Shown piece by piece: positions 1-8,036 of a DNA stretch of 64,000 nucleotides. How positions within the stretch are numbered: the stretch's first letter is position 1; every line of letters starts with the position of its first letter. Location: IMG/VR virus record IMGVR_UViG_3300032007_000055, positions 1 through 64,000 of that record; one strand, 5' to 3'. Position numbers and translations under genes: made by a program. A model generated the notes under the pieces. The model saw only the letters and a program-made list of their open reading frames with translations, did no database searches and was not told the origin of the DNA. Origin of the DNA: a virus. Taxonomy: Duplodnaviria > Caudoviricetes.

Positions 1-113
1 TGAATAGCATTATACATTACAGATTGTCTAGTACTACTTAATAAAGAATCCATACATTCTTCTAAATATTGTTCATCATTGTATACTGCTATTAATATAG
101 ATAATTTATACAT
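1..113 (-). CDS. Family 2 glycosyltransferase, N-terminus only (runs off window start; not in ORF track)
   Basis: Manual translation MYKLSILIAVYNDEQYLEECMDSLLSS matches the GT2 start pattern SIIIPVYN-x-E-x-YL-x-ECLDSLL; AAGGAG SD upstream. Confidence 0.7.
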   Translation of the reverse strand, partial: MYKLSILIAVYNDEQYLEECMDSLLSSTRQSVMYNAI

Positions 114-134
114 TATTAGAACTCCTTTATGATA

Positions 135-146
135 TATTCTAATGTG
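135..146 (-). promoter_or_regulatory. Putative late promoter CACA-TTAGAA-TA
   Basis: NACA-N6-TA motif 22 nt before GT2 start. Confidence 0.45.
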
Positions 147-224
147 GTATTTTACAAATTTACTCCATAAATTTAATACAGCTTTATGAAAAACGGCATA
201 TAATTTATTTTATCTTTAACCTTC

Positions 225-236
225 GACATTTTAATA
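225..236 (+). promoter_or_regulatory. Putative late promoter GACA-TTTTAA-TA
   Basis: NACA-N6-TA motif 24 nt before the vRNAP beta start. Confidence 0.55.
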
Positions 237-259
237 TACTTATTATAAGGATAAATATT

Positions 260-3200
260 ATGAATAATATACTTAGCGAAGAAGCAAAATCATTCAAAAT
301 ATTAAGACCTGTCACTGGTAAAAATCAACGTAAACCAATGATCACATATACTAAAAAACTAATGGAATGTGTTTATTTGAACTTGGCTAGGACACAAGAA
401 GAGTTAGTTAAAGGTTTATATTCTCTTTTTGGTCCAAATGGAATTCGTAAATCGTTCAAACGTTTATATTTTCCAAAACGTTTTATTTGGACATCAACTC
501 TTTATGTTAAACCTCGTATTCAAGAAGCAATAAATGAAAAAGAAACAGGTGATTCATTCAAAAAACTTTGTCCGGATTTCGTCGGAATGTATAAAAACCG
601 TATAATGGATAAAAGAAATCTTATTGTAGATTTCACCAAAATATTCGATTTAGTCATCCCTGACGATCCAGCAGTAATGATTAAACAAACTGTTTTTGAC
701 TATATCGAAAGTGTTTGGCCAGAATTGCTTTGTTATGTTCTTCTTCACAATGATAAACACAATAAAGATAATGATATAGAAACGTCAGACGAAGCTCTAT
801 TGGAAAAACCTGAAGATGCTAAAAATTATATAGCTTCTATCGGTGAACTTCTTAAAGAATACGACAAAGAACTTAATGGTGATACAGAAACAAAAGATCG
901 TAGAGTTCTCATTAAAAATGGTGAACAACCTGGAGTAAATGATCCATATTCAGTAGAAGATTTCTTAAGAAACACAAATTCTTCTATAGATAATCCTTTA
1001 AATGAAATGAGCGATGAAGAATGGAAATATGTAGTAGATATCATTACTCGTTCTATTGAATCGTTTGAAGAAAAACTCTTAGGCAAAACACAAGTATTTG
1101 CTATGGGTGGACCTGCTTTTGGTCTTTCTGCCGCAGGTTTTGATAAATTTATTGTTTCTATTCCATACACATTGAAATCAAATAAATTTGTTAATCTCCA
1201 GATAATTGAATCAAGATTGCCTATTCCTAGAAACATCAAACGTAATCCTACCCTTATTTACCAAATCAATTTTATGCAATTGCTGTATAAAATTTATGAA
1301 GGATATTATACTGGTCATTCAAACAATCCATTTATAAACGAAATGCTTAAATACGATTTCTCTTTCCACATCTATGCTGAAAATGGTGTAGGTTTTGTAA
1401 TGAATATGAGAGAAATTGTTACATATTTTAAATATAAACCCAATCAAGTATCTCGTTTACTTTACAATCGTTTCAGAATGTTGACCATGTGCAACACAGG
1501 CGTTATCAATGATCAAGATTTGGATAAAATCGAAGAAGAGAATATTTCTAAAGAGATTGATGGATATTTCTCAAAAAATGCTGATGTTTTTAAAGATTCT
1601 GACGATGACGCTAAAAAGAAATTACAAAAAGACTTAGAGCCAATTATTAAAGAAGATATGGCTCTTAAAACAATCATTAAAGCTAAACAAGATCAAACAG
1701 ATCAAGTTGAAGTCATAGATAAAGTAGAAGAAACTACGGATGAAAAGATTTCTCACATGATTCTTTCTAAAAACATTGTTGCGGAATCTAAAAAATCTAT
1801 GGACTTGCTTTCTGCCTTACACAACAAATTTTCTAAAGCGTCAACTACAAAGATCGTTTCGGATAATCAAGACGAAGCAGAAGATGTTACATTGACATCT
1901 CAAGATTATGACGACATCCTTAATTCTAATAGTGGAGATTCTTCAGATGAGGAAGAAGTCGTAGACGAATATGACGAAAACTCAGATAAGTATGTAGCAA
2001 ATGATGCTTCAGAAAATGCAGATACATCAGAATTAGATTTCGATGTAAAAGAAGAAGGTGAACTCGATGACGCTACAGCATTTGAAGAAGAATATGAATT
2101 TGAAGATAATGATACTGTAGAAGAAGTTGAAGAAGCAGATTATGTGGAACTTAAACCCACAACTAAAGGCCCCGTAAAACTTTCAAATTCTACTTCTAAA
2201 AAACCTGTAAGAACTCCTGCTGAAGAGAAGAGAATTAATCTTCTTAAAGAAAAATATAAGTCTATAAAACTTGAAGGAAAAACAATTGAAGAAATCATTG
2301 GTAATTCTTCTAAGATTGATATAGATACCGGTGAGACAAAAATCGATGAAAAGAGCGCCGACACCACAATTGGTAACTTTAATATCGATGATTTGCAGCG
2401 TTCATACATAAAGAATAACTATCAATCCGATATCATTAATGCTGTTCGTTCGTTGAGTATGAACAAAGAAACACCTTTGTACATTACAGATGTGAAAGTA
2501 GAAGATGCTTCTAATCAAATGAACGATAAATATACATATACGTTCAAACTTGAAGATGAAAATAAACATAAACACACATTGAAATTTGATGTGCCTAAAT
2601 TGAATGATACTGGCACAACTAAAATGAACGGTAACTCTGTATTCTTAAAGAAACAGTTAATTAAGAAACCGATCGTTAAGATTGGACCGGATAAAGTTTA
2701 TGTTACTACAGAATTGAACTCATATCAGATTATGCGTTCTGGTATTTTGTTGAATAAGGGTTCTGAAGTTATTCGAAAACTTTTCAATGAATATTTGGGA
2801 AAATATCCGAATGTTGCTGTAGAACGTGGTAACTGTAAAGAAGATAACAAAGATTATCTCACAACTCTTGAATATGATATTCTTGCAAACAATTATTTCT
2901 TCGTCAGAATAAATGATGAAAATAGTAAGTTTGGTGAGCATGTTGAGATTTTCTTCTCACAGAGTGCAATACGTGAACGTATAAAGAAGTTGAATATTTC
3001 TACAGGTTTTGAAAACAACATCATTCCTGATAACATTCTTCCGTTGGCTATCAACTATACAACAAACACTTTGATTTCTATCGATATGACCAAGAACAGT
3101 AGTGTTAACAGTACAATTCTTGGTTTATTACACGATACATTGAAAGATGATGAATTATTTGCTTATGTTAAAACAATCAAAACACCAAAACGTAGAATTT

Positions 3201-5395
3201 CTACAAAGATTGAGATTCAGTCATTTACTGTACCGTTGATCGTGTTCTTGAATTATCTTTTTGGATGGGATAGAGTTGCTTCTTATTTCCCTGAAAACGA
3301 GATAGAATTCTCTGAAAAACCAATTCAAGGAACAAATAAACTAAGCATTAAATTTTATGACGGATATTTGTATTACAATCCGTATCCTATTAATGGATTG
3401 TTGATGCTCAATGGTTTGACAGAAATCGATACAGAAAATTACAAGTACGAAGATTTGAATAATCAATCTTTGTATATGGATTACGCTTTCAAGAAGTTTA
3501 AAACAAGAAATGTTGCTAAGGGTTGGGTTACAGCTAAAGAAAATATGCTTGATCTCAAAACTCTTCAAATTCTTGAAGCTCTTGGATTACCGACAGATTT
3601 CTTGGAAATATTCTTGTATTGTAATGATCTTCTTGTTGATAACCAAGTTAAATCTGAATCTGATATAAGCAACTATCGTATTCGTTCTAACGAAATTATT
3701 GCTGAATGTTTGTACAAAACGCTGAATAAACACTATATGATCTTTAAGAAAAAGACTGGTAAGAAAACTACCATGTCTATTCCTCAGAACTCAGTAATGG
3801 CAGCAATATTCAATACGAACATATTAGCGAATTATGATTCTATTTCTCCAGTTGGCGAAATTCGTTCTTTGAGTCAAACTACATTCAAAGGACCAGGTGG
3901 AACCAATCTTGAACAAGCATTGACTCTTAAGAAACGCGCTTTCGATTCTTCATTCGTAGGAACGTTTTCGGTATCTACTCCAGATAACTCTAACGCTGGT
4001 GCTGTAAAAGAGTTAACTATAAACTGTAACGTAATAAATACTTTGGGATTTATTGGTGAACCAATTAAAGATCCTAAAGATATGCACTTAACAAATATTT
4101 CATCAATTGGTGAAGCTATAGTTCCATTTGCAAATAAGGTAGATGACCCTACTCGTATTTCTTATGGTTCTACACAGAATGCTCACGTTGGCGGTGTTAT
4201 AAATTCATCTCTACCTCCTATACGAACTGGAGTAGAAAAGAATATTAAATATCACACTAGTGATAGATTTGTTCGCCGGGCTAAAGATAATGGTGTTATC
4301 ACCGATGTTGACGAAGTTGGTAAACGAATATTTGTTACTTATAAATCTGGTGAAAAAGAAGTTGTAGATTACAATAATACAATGTTAAAGAACTCAGATT
4401 CATTCAATCAAGCATCTTTCACTTGTTTTGTAAAACAGAACGAGAAAGTAAAGAAAAATCAAATTCTTGCTGCAGATGCTAGATTCTTCAAGTACGATCC
4501 ATTAACTAAAGAAATCGTTTATACTCAAGCTATCAATGGTATGTTTGGTATTTTTGAAGGTTCATATACAGAAGATGATGCTGATTTGATTACTGCTACA
4601 TTTGCCGGAAAACTCAAAATGGACTTTACAAAGTGCAAGCAAATATCGATTAAACCTATGGATACTCTCATTAGCTATAAAAAAATAGGCGATAGAGTTT
4701 CTCTTGGTGATCCTTTGATTGTATTTGACGAATATGGATCTTTTGAAGAAGCACAAGACGATGACGATGAATCATTGTTTAAATTACTTACTGAAAATCT
4801 TGATCCTGATGTTGTTGCTCAGATGATACACCAAACTCCTAAAGCTCCATTGTCTGGAGTTATTAGTGATATAAAGGTTTACTGGACTGTTCCTGTAAAT
4901 CAAATGAGTAAATCTATAGGCAAATTCGTTAATGAATACTCTACAAAGATTAAGAAAGAAATAATTGAAGAAGAAAAATTTACAGGTAAGAAGTCTGCAA
5001 GACGTCCTGAAGTTGAAGTTACATCTTTAGGAGACACTATCCATGGTCGTATTAACGGAGCTGAAGTTGGTGATGAAGGTGGAATTGTTATAGAATATTA
5101 TATCTCCAATGATGATGTAATGTCTACAGGAGATAAGATAGCCCTTAACTCTTCATTGAAGTCTATCAATTCGTATGTCGTAGATAAAAAACTTGAACCT
5201 TATACCGAATCTGGTCAAAAACTTGATGGTATTTTCAGTTTGATTTCTATCAATGCTCGTATGGTTAACTCTGTTTGGTATAATGGTTGGATTGGTAAAA
5301 TCCTATATACTATAAGTAAACGATGGGCTAAGAATTTCTTACAAGAAATAGGCGAGACTATACCTGAAAATGAACGTGAAATTATAATAAAATAA
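260..5395 (+). CDS. rpoB: Virion RNA polymerase beta-like subunit, large N-terminal piece (phiKZ gp178-like)
   Basis: Degenerate RpoB motifs in order: TFKGPGG..RAFDSSFVG (fork loop), DDPTRISYGSTQ (DDxNRALMGxNMQ), EGSYTEDDADLI (GYNxEDS), GDKIALNSSLKS (GDKxxxRHGxKG), LDGIFSLISINARM (DxxxNPxGxPSRM); ends before the beta C-terminal clamp. Confidence 0.85.
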   Translation: MNNILSEEAKSFKILRPVTGKNQRKPMITYTKKLMECVYLNLARTQEELVKGLYSLFGPNGIRKSFKRLYFPKRFIWTSTLYVKPRIQEAINEKETGDSFKKLCPDFVGMYKNRIMDKRNLIVDFTKIFDLVIPDDPAVMIKQTVFDYIESVWPELLCYVLLHNDKHNKDNDIETSDEALLEKPEDAKNYIASIGELLKEYDKELNGDTETKDRRVLIKNGEQPGVNDPYSVEDFLRNTNSSIDNPLNEMSDEEWKYVVDIITRSIESFEEKLLGKTQVFAMGGPAFGLSAAGFDKFIVSIPYTLKSNKFVNLQIIESRLPIPRNIKRNPTLIYQINFMQLLYKIYEGYYTGHSNNPFINEMLKYDFSFHIYAENGVGFVMNMREIVTYFKYKPNQVSRLLYNRFRMLTMCNTGVINDQDLDKIEEENISKEIDGYFSKNADVFKDSDDDAKKKLQKDLEPIIKEDMALKTIIKAKQDQTDQVEVIDKVEETTDEKISHMILSKNIVAESKKSMDLLSALHNKFSKASTTKIVSDNQDEAEDVTLTSQDYDDILNSNSGDSSDEEEVVDEYDENSDKYVANDASENADTSELDFDVKEEGELDDATAFEEEYEFEDNDTVEEVEEADYVELKPTTKGPVKLSNSTSKKPVRTPAEEKRINLLKEKYKSIKLEGKTIEEIIGNSSKIDIDTGETKIDEKSADTTIGNFNIDDLQRSYIKNNYQSDIINAVRSLSMNKETPLYITDVKVEDASNQMNDKYTYTFKLEDENKHKHTLKFDVPKLNDTGTTKMNGNSVFLKKQLIKKPIVKIGPDKVYVTTELNSYQIMRSGILLNKGSEVIRKLFNEYLGKYPNVAVERGNCKEDNKDYLTTLEYDILANNYFFVRINDENSKFGEHVEIFFSQSAIRERIKKLNISTGFENNIIPDNILPLAINYTTNTLISIDMTKNSSVNSTILGLLHDTLKDDELFAYVKTIKTPKRRISTKIEIQSFTVPLIVFLNYLFGWDRVASYFPENEIEFSEKPIQGTNKLSIKFYDGYLYYNPYPINGLLMLNGLTEIDTENYKYEDLNNQSLYMDYAFKKFKTRNVAKGWVTAKENMLDLKTLQILEALGLPTDFLEIFLYCNDLLVDNQVKSESDISNYRIRSNEIIAECLYKTLNKHYMIFKKKTGKKTTMSIPQNSVMAAIFNTNILANYDSISPVGEIRSLSQTTFKGPGGTNLEQALTLKKRAFDSSFVGTFSVSTPDNSNAGAVKELTINCNVINTLGFIGEPIKDPKDMHLTNISSIGEAIVPFANKVDDPTRISYGSTQNAHVGGVINSSLPPIRTGVEKNIKYHTSDRFVRRAKDNGVITDVDEVGKRIFVTYKSGEKEVVDYNNTMLKNSDSFNQASFTCFVKQNEKVKKNQILAADARFFKYDPLTKEIVYTQAINGMFGIFEGSYTEDDADLITATFAGKLKMDFTKCKQISIKPMDTLISYKKIGDRVSLGDPLIVFDEYGSFEEAQDDDDESLFKLLTENLDPDVVAQMIHQTPKAPLSGVISDIKVYWTVPVNQMSKSIGKFVNEYSTKIKKEIIEEEKFTGKKSARRPEVEVTSLGDTIHGRINGAEVGDEGGIVIEYYISNDDVMSTGDKIALNSSLKSINSYVVDKKLEPYTESGQKLDGIFSLISINARMVNSVWYNGWIGKILYTISKRWAKNFLQEIGETIPENEREIIIK

Positions 5396-5400
5396 AAAAA

Positions 5401-5432
5401 AAACTGAGGCACGAAAAATGTGCCTCAGTTTT
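5401..5432. terminator. Bidirectional intrinsic terminator
   Basis: AAACTGAGGCAC/GTGCCTCAGTTT hairpin with A and T tracts between convergent genes. Confidence 0.85.
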
Positions 5433-5438
5433 ATATTT

Positions 5439-6008
5439 TTACTTCAAATGTGTTGGTTTTAGAATAAGAACCATTGAATCATCCCAAGTTGAAATTACTT
5501 TATTATCTTTTAAAAATCTTAAGAATTCATCTGTTACAGAAGTCATTCTATGTTCAGACACAATGTGGGAACTGTCTCCAGATATTGCATAAGCGCGATT
5601 TGTTTCAAATATATGAAATCCTAATAAATAACGTGCTTGTTCATCAAGTGTTATGAATTCTACGGTTGAAGAAACACCCATTTCTTTTTTCTTTTGATAA
5701 CTATAATCATCTGAAATTGGAAGTAAAATTTGTTTAGTGAAATAATGTCTAGTCATTTTTAATACATCGGTAAATTTATATTTCTTTGCTGTTGGAACTG
5801 TTCCGTATATTACGTTTTCGTCACTCCAGTCATATTGGGTCAATTGTTCACGAATTAATGCAAGTATATACACTTTAAATTGATCACTAGAAGCTTCTAA
5901 AAGTGTTTTATCTTTCATTATATTTAATTTCTTTTTAAGCTTATCTTTTTCAATTTTGCAGCGTTTAGCAAAACTCATTTTACTAACGTGTGAGTCTCCT
6001 CTAAACAT
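5439..6008 (-). CDS. Hypothetical protein
   Basis: 189 aa ORF, AGGAGG SD, followed by terminator. Confidence 0.75.
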   Translation of the reverse strand: MFRGDSHVSKMSFAKRCKIEKDKLKKKLNIMKDKTLLEASSDQFKVYILALIREQLTQYDWSDENVIYGTVPTAKKYKFTDVLKMTRHYFTKQILLPISDDYSYQKKKEMGVSSTVEFITLDEQARYLLGFHIFETNRAYAISGDSSHIVSEHRMTSVTDEFLRFLKDNKVISTWDDSMVLILKPTHLK

Positions 6009-6055
6009 AAATAAACCTCCTAAGTATTTCGAATATTATATGTAATTTAAAAGAA

Positions 6056-6080
6056 GGTAAAATTATCTACGATTAAAACA
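6056..6080 (+). repeat. 25-bp outer inverted repeat, left copy
   Basis: GGTAAAATTATCTACGATTAAAACA; 24/25 identical to reverse complement of 7919-7943. Confidence 0.9.
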
Positions 6081-6231
6081 TGAAACGAATTATGGTTTTA
6101 CTGATAATGATTTAAACAACATGACATTAGCTGAACTAGAGATGTTTATTAACAATATGATCGATACCTCGATGAGTTATAAAGATACTAATGGCACGAA
6201 GTATAATGAAAGTGATAAGGTCAGTGGGTTT
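6081..6231 (+). repeat. 151-bp inverted repeat, left copy
   Basis: Base-by-base identical to reverse complement of 7627-7777. Confidence 0.95.
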
Positions 6232-6678
6232 GATGTGTATAATTACGGAACATACGACTCTTTTAAAAGTGCTAAATCTTATTGGAAAACAGAAAAAAGC
6301 AATCGTCAAACAGAATATGATACAGCTGTTGCAAATTATAATACTTTTTATTCTGATTATATGTATTGGCTCGGAAATGAAGCGTATAACCCGTGGTTTG
6401 ACTGGGGTGAAAAACAACAATTAAGTAATCTCGAAACAGTCAAAAATAATGCAAAAACAGCATTAGATAACGCAAAAAGCAATTATGATAAGTGTGATAA
6501 ATTGATGGAATATTATGATGCATTAAAACCAAAAGCTAAAAATATTGCAAATAGTATATTTGGTAATGAGCAATACGGTTTAAAAATAAAGAATATATAC
6601 ACTGTATACCAGACTATATCAGATTCTGCAAAACAAGTGGCTCACAGATTAGAAAAATTATTGGGAACGAAATTATAA
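6121..6678 (+). CDS. Paralog B of putative invertible cassette (possibly silent); probable virion protein
   Basis: Identical N-terminal block MTLAELEMFINNMIDTSMSYKDTNGTKYNESDKVSGF and homologous C-terminal helix shared with 6727-7800; no SD before ATG. Confidence 0.7.
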   Translation: MTLAELEMFINNMIDTSMSYKDTNGTKYNESDKVSGFDVYNYGTYDSFKSAKSYWKTEKSNRQTEYDTAVANYNTFYSDYMYWLGNEAYNPWFDWGEKQQLSNLETVKNNAKTALDNAKSNYDKCDKLMEYYDALKPKAKNIANSIFGNEQYGLKIKNIYTVYQTISDSAKQVAHRLEKLLGTKL

Positions 6679-6693
6679 AAAAAAAACAATATT

Positions 6694-6725
6694 AAAATGT
6701 GGGCATTATAGCCCACATTTTTTTT
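6694..6725. terminator. Bidirectional intrinsic terminator inside the cassette
   Basis: AAAATGTGGGC/GCCCACATTTT hairpin between the convergent paralogs. Confidence 0.85.
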
Positions 6726-6726
6726 A

Positions 6727-7800
6727 TTAAATTCTGTTACCTAATAAACGTTCTAATGCTTTAGCTTTGACTACAGCATTATTGTGTTCTTGTGTTATTA
6801 TATTGTGTAATTTTTGTATTTTGCGACCAAATGATTCGTTTCCGTTTATACTACTTGCTATTTGTATAGCTTTATTTTTTAGTGGTTCAAATGTCGTACT
6901 TAACTCTTTCTTGAGTGTACCCATAAACGAATGTTTTTCGACTATTACGAGGTATAACGATTTCGCCCACTCATATAGCCAGTCGTTATATTCTGGAGCG
7001 ATAGCAGATTCCGCAATTGGATATAAATCAACATTCCATGGGGTATTATTCTTATAGTTTATAATACTTAATTTGTCGATTTTTGCAACATTGTTTTGGA
7101 GTTTTGATCTAAAATTAGCGACACTAGAGCCGTTATCATCACTACCATAAACCCTGTTCCAATACTCTTTTCCATTTCTATCCCCTCCTATAGAAGAGTA
7201 GTCGCGATCAAAAGTCCAATATGGTCCATTATGATAAAGAGTATATCTAAAGTCCCAATTACTTGCCCAATAACTATCCCATCGAGCTGGATATTCATAA
7301 CCATTATACTCTTCCCAATGTGCAAAACCTTGACCACCATAAGTTTGCCAACGATATCCTCTAGTGCCACTTACCGTTAAGTCCGATATATCGTTAAAAT
7401 AAGCATTGATATATACCTTTAGTTTATGAATCGTCATTATTGTATATGCAGAAGGCATCACATGTTCTTCTATGATACCATCTTTGTAGCGTAATGACCA
7501 TTCGAAACTATTGCCCCAAAAATCTTTTTCTAATTCACAATAAGTTACTCTACTATTTGGTCCAAAATATTTATCATATATATAGTTATATGTGCTATTA
7601 TCCATAGAATTTGAAGTAATTTTATTAAACCCACTGACCTTATCACTTTCATTATACTTCGTGCCATTAGTATCTTTATAACTCATCGAGGTATCGATCA
7701 TATTGTTAATAAACATCTCTAGTTCAGCTAATGTCATGTTGTTTAAATCATTATCAGTAAAACCATAATTCGTTTCACCTACAGTTATATTACTCTTCAT
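6727..7800 (-). CDS. Paralog A of putative invertible cassette; frame open up to 7938, true start uncertain
   Basis: 357 aa from ATG 7800; 46 more stop-free codons upstream; Tyr/Trp/Gly-rich middle; C-terminus homologous to 6121-6678. Confidence 0.75.
   Translation of the reverse strand: MKSNITVGETNYGFTDNDLNNMTLAELEMFINNMIDTSMSYKDTNGTKYNESDKVSGFNKITSNSMDNSTYNYIYDKYFGPNSRVTYCELEKDFWGNSFEWSLRYKDGIIEEHVMPSAYTIMTIHKLKVYINAYFNDISDLTVSGTRGYRWQTYGGQGFAHWEEYNGYEYPARWDSYWASNWDFRYTLYHNGPYWTFDRDYSSIGGDRNGKEYWNRVYGSDDNGSSVANFRSKLQNNVAKIDKLSIINYKNNTPWNVDLYPIAESAIAPEYNDWLYEWAKSLYLVIVEKHSFMGTLKKELSTTFEPLKNKAIQIASSINGNESFGRKIQKLHNIITQEHNNAVVKAKALERLLGNRI
7627..7777 (-). repeat. 151-bp inverted repeat, right copy
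   Basis: Identical to 6081-6231 in opposite orientation. Confidence 0.95.
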
Positions 7801-7918
7801 CGGGTCGGTTATTATGTTTTGTAATTTATATAGACTCTTATTTACAGTATTCTTAATATTATTATCATAATTAGTTTTATTACCACCAGTTAATTCAGAA
7901 GATCTATCTATGTATTTT

Positions 7919-7943
7919 TGTTTTAATCGTAGACAATTTTACC
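7919..7943 (-). repeat. 25-bp outer inverted repeat, right copy (overlaps ATG at 7945-7943)
   Basis: GGTAAAATTGTCTACGATTAAAACA on minus strand. Confidence 0.9.
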
Positions 7944-7984
7944 ATTTTATAAAATACGTTAATTTCTACTATATATTGTTTTTC

Positions 7985-7996
7985 GACATCATAATA
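7985..7996 (+). promoter_or_regulatory. Putative late promoter GACA-TCATAA-TA
   Basis: Same TTCGACAT..TAATATAC context as the motif before 260. Confidence 0.55.
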
Positions 7997-8036
7997 TACA
8001 TATTTTTCTAATAAATTATCCATAAGGAGTCTATTT

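Noticed and set aside
6081-7777. Diversity-generating retroelement template/variable repeat pair
   Set aside because: Copies are identical and inverted with no adenine-specific mismatches; no reverse transcriptase in the window.
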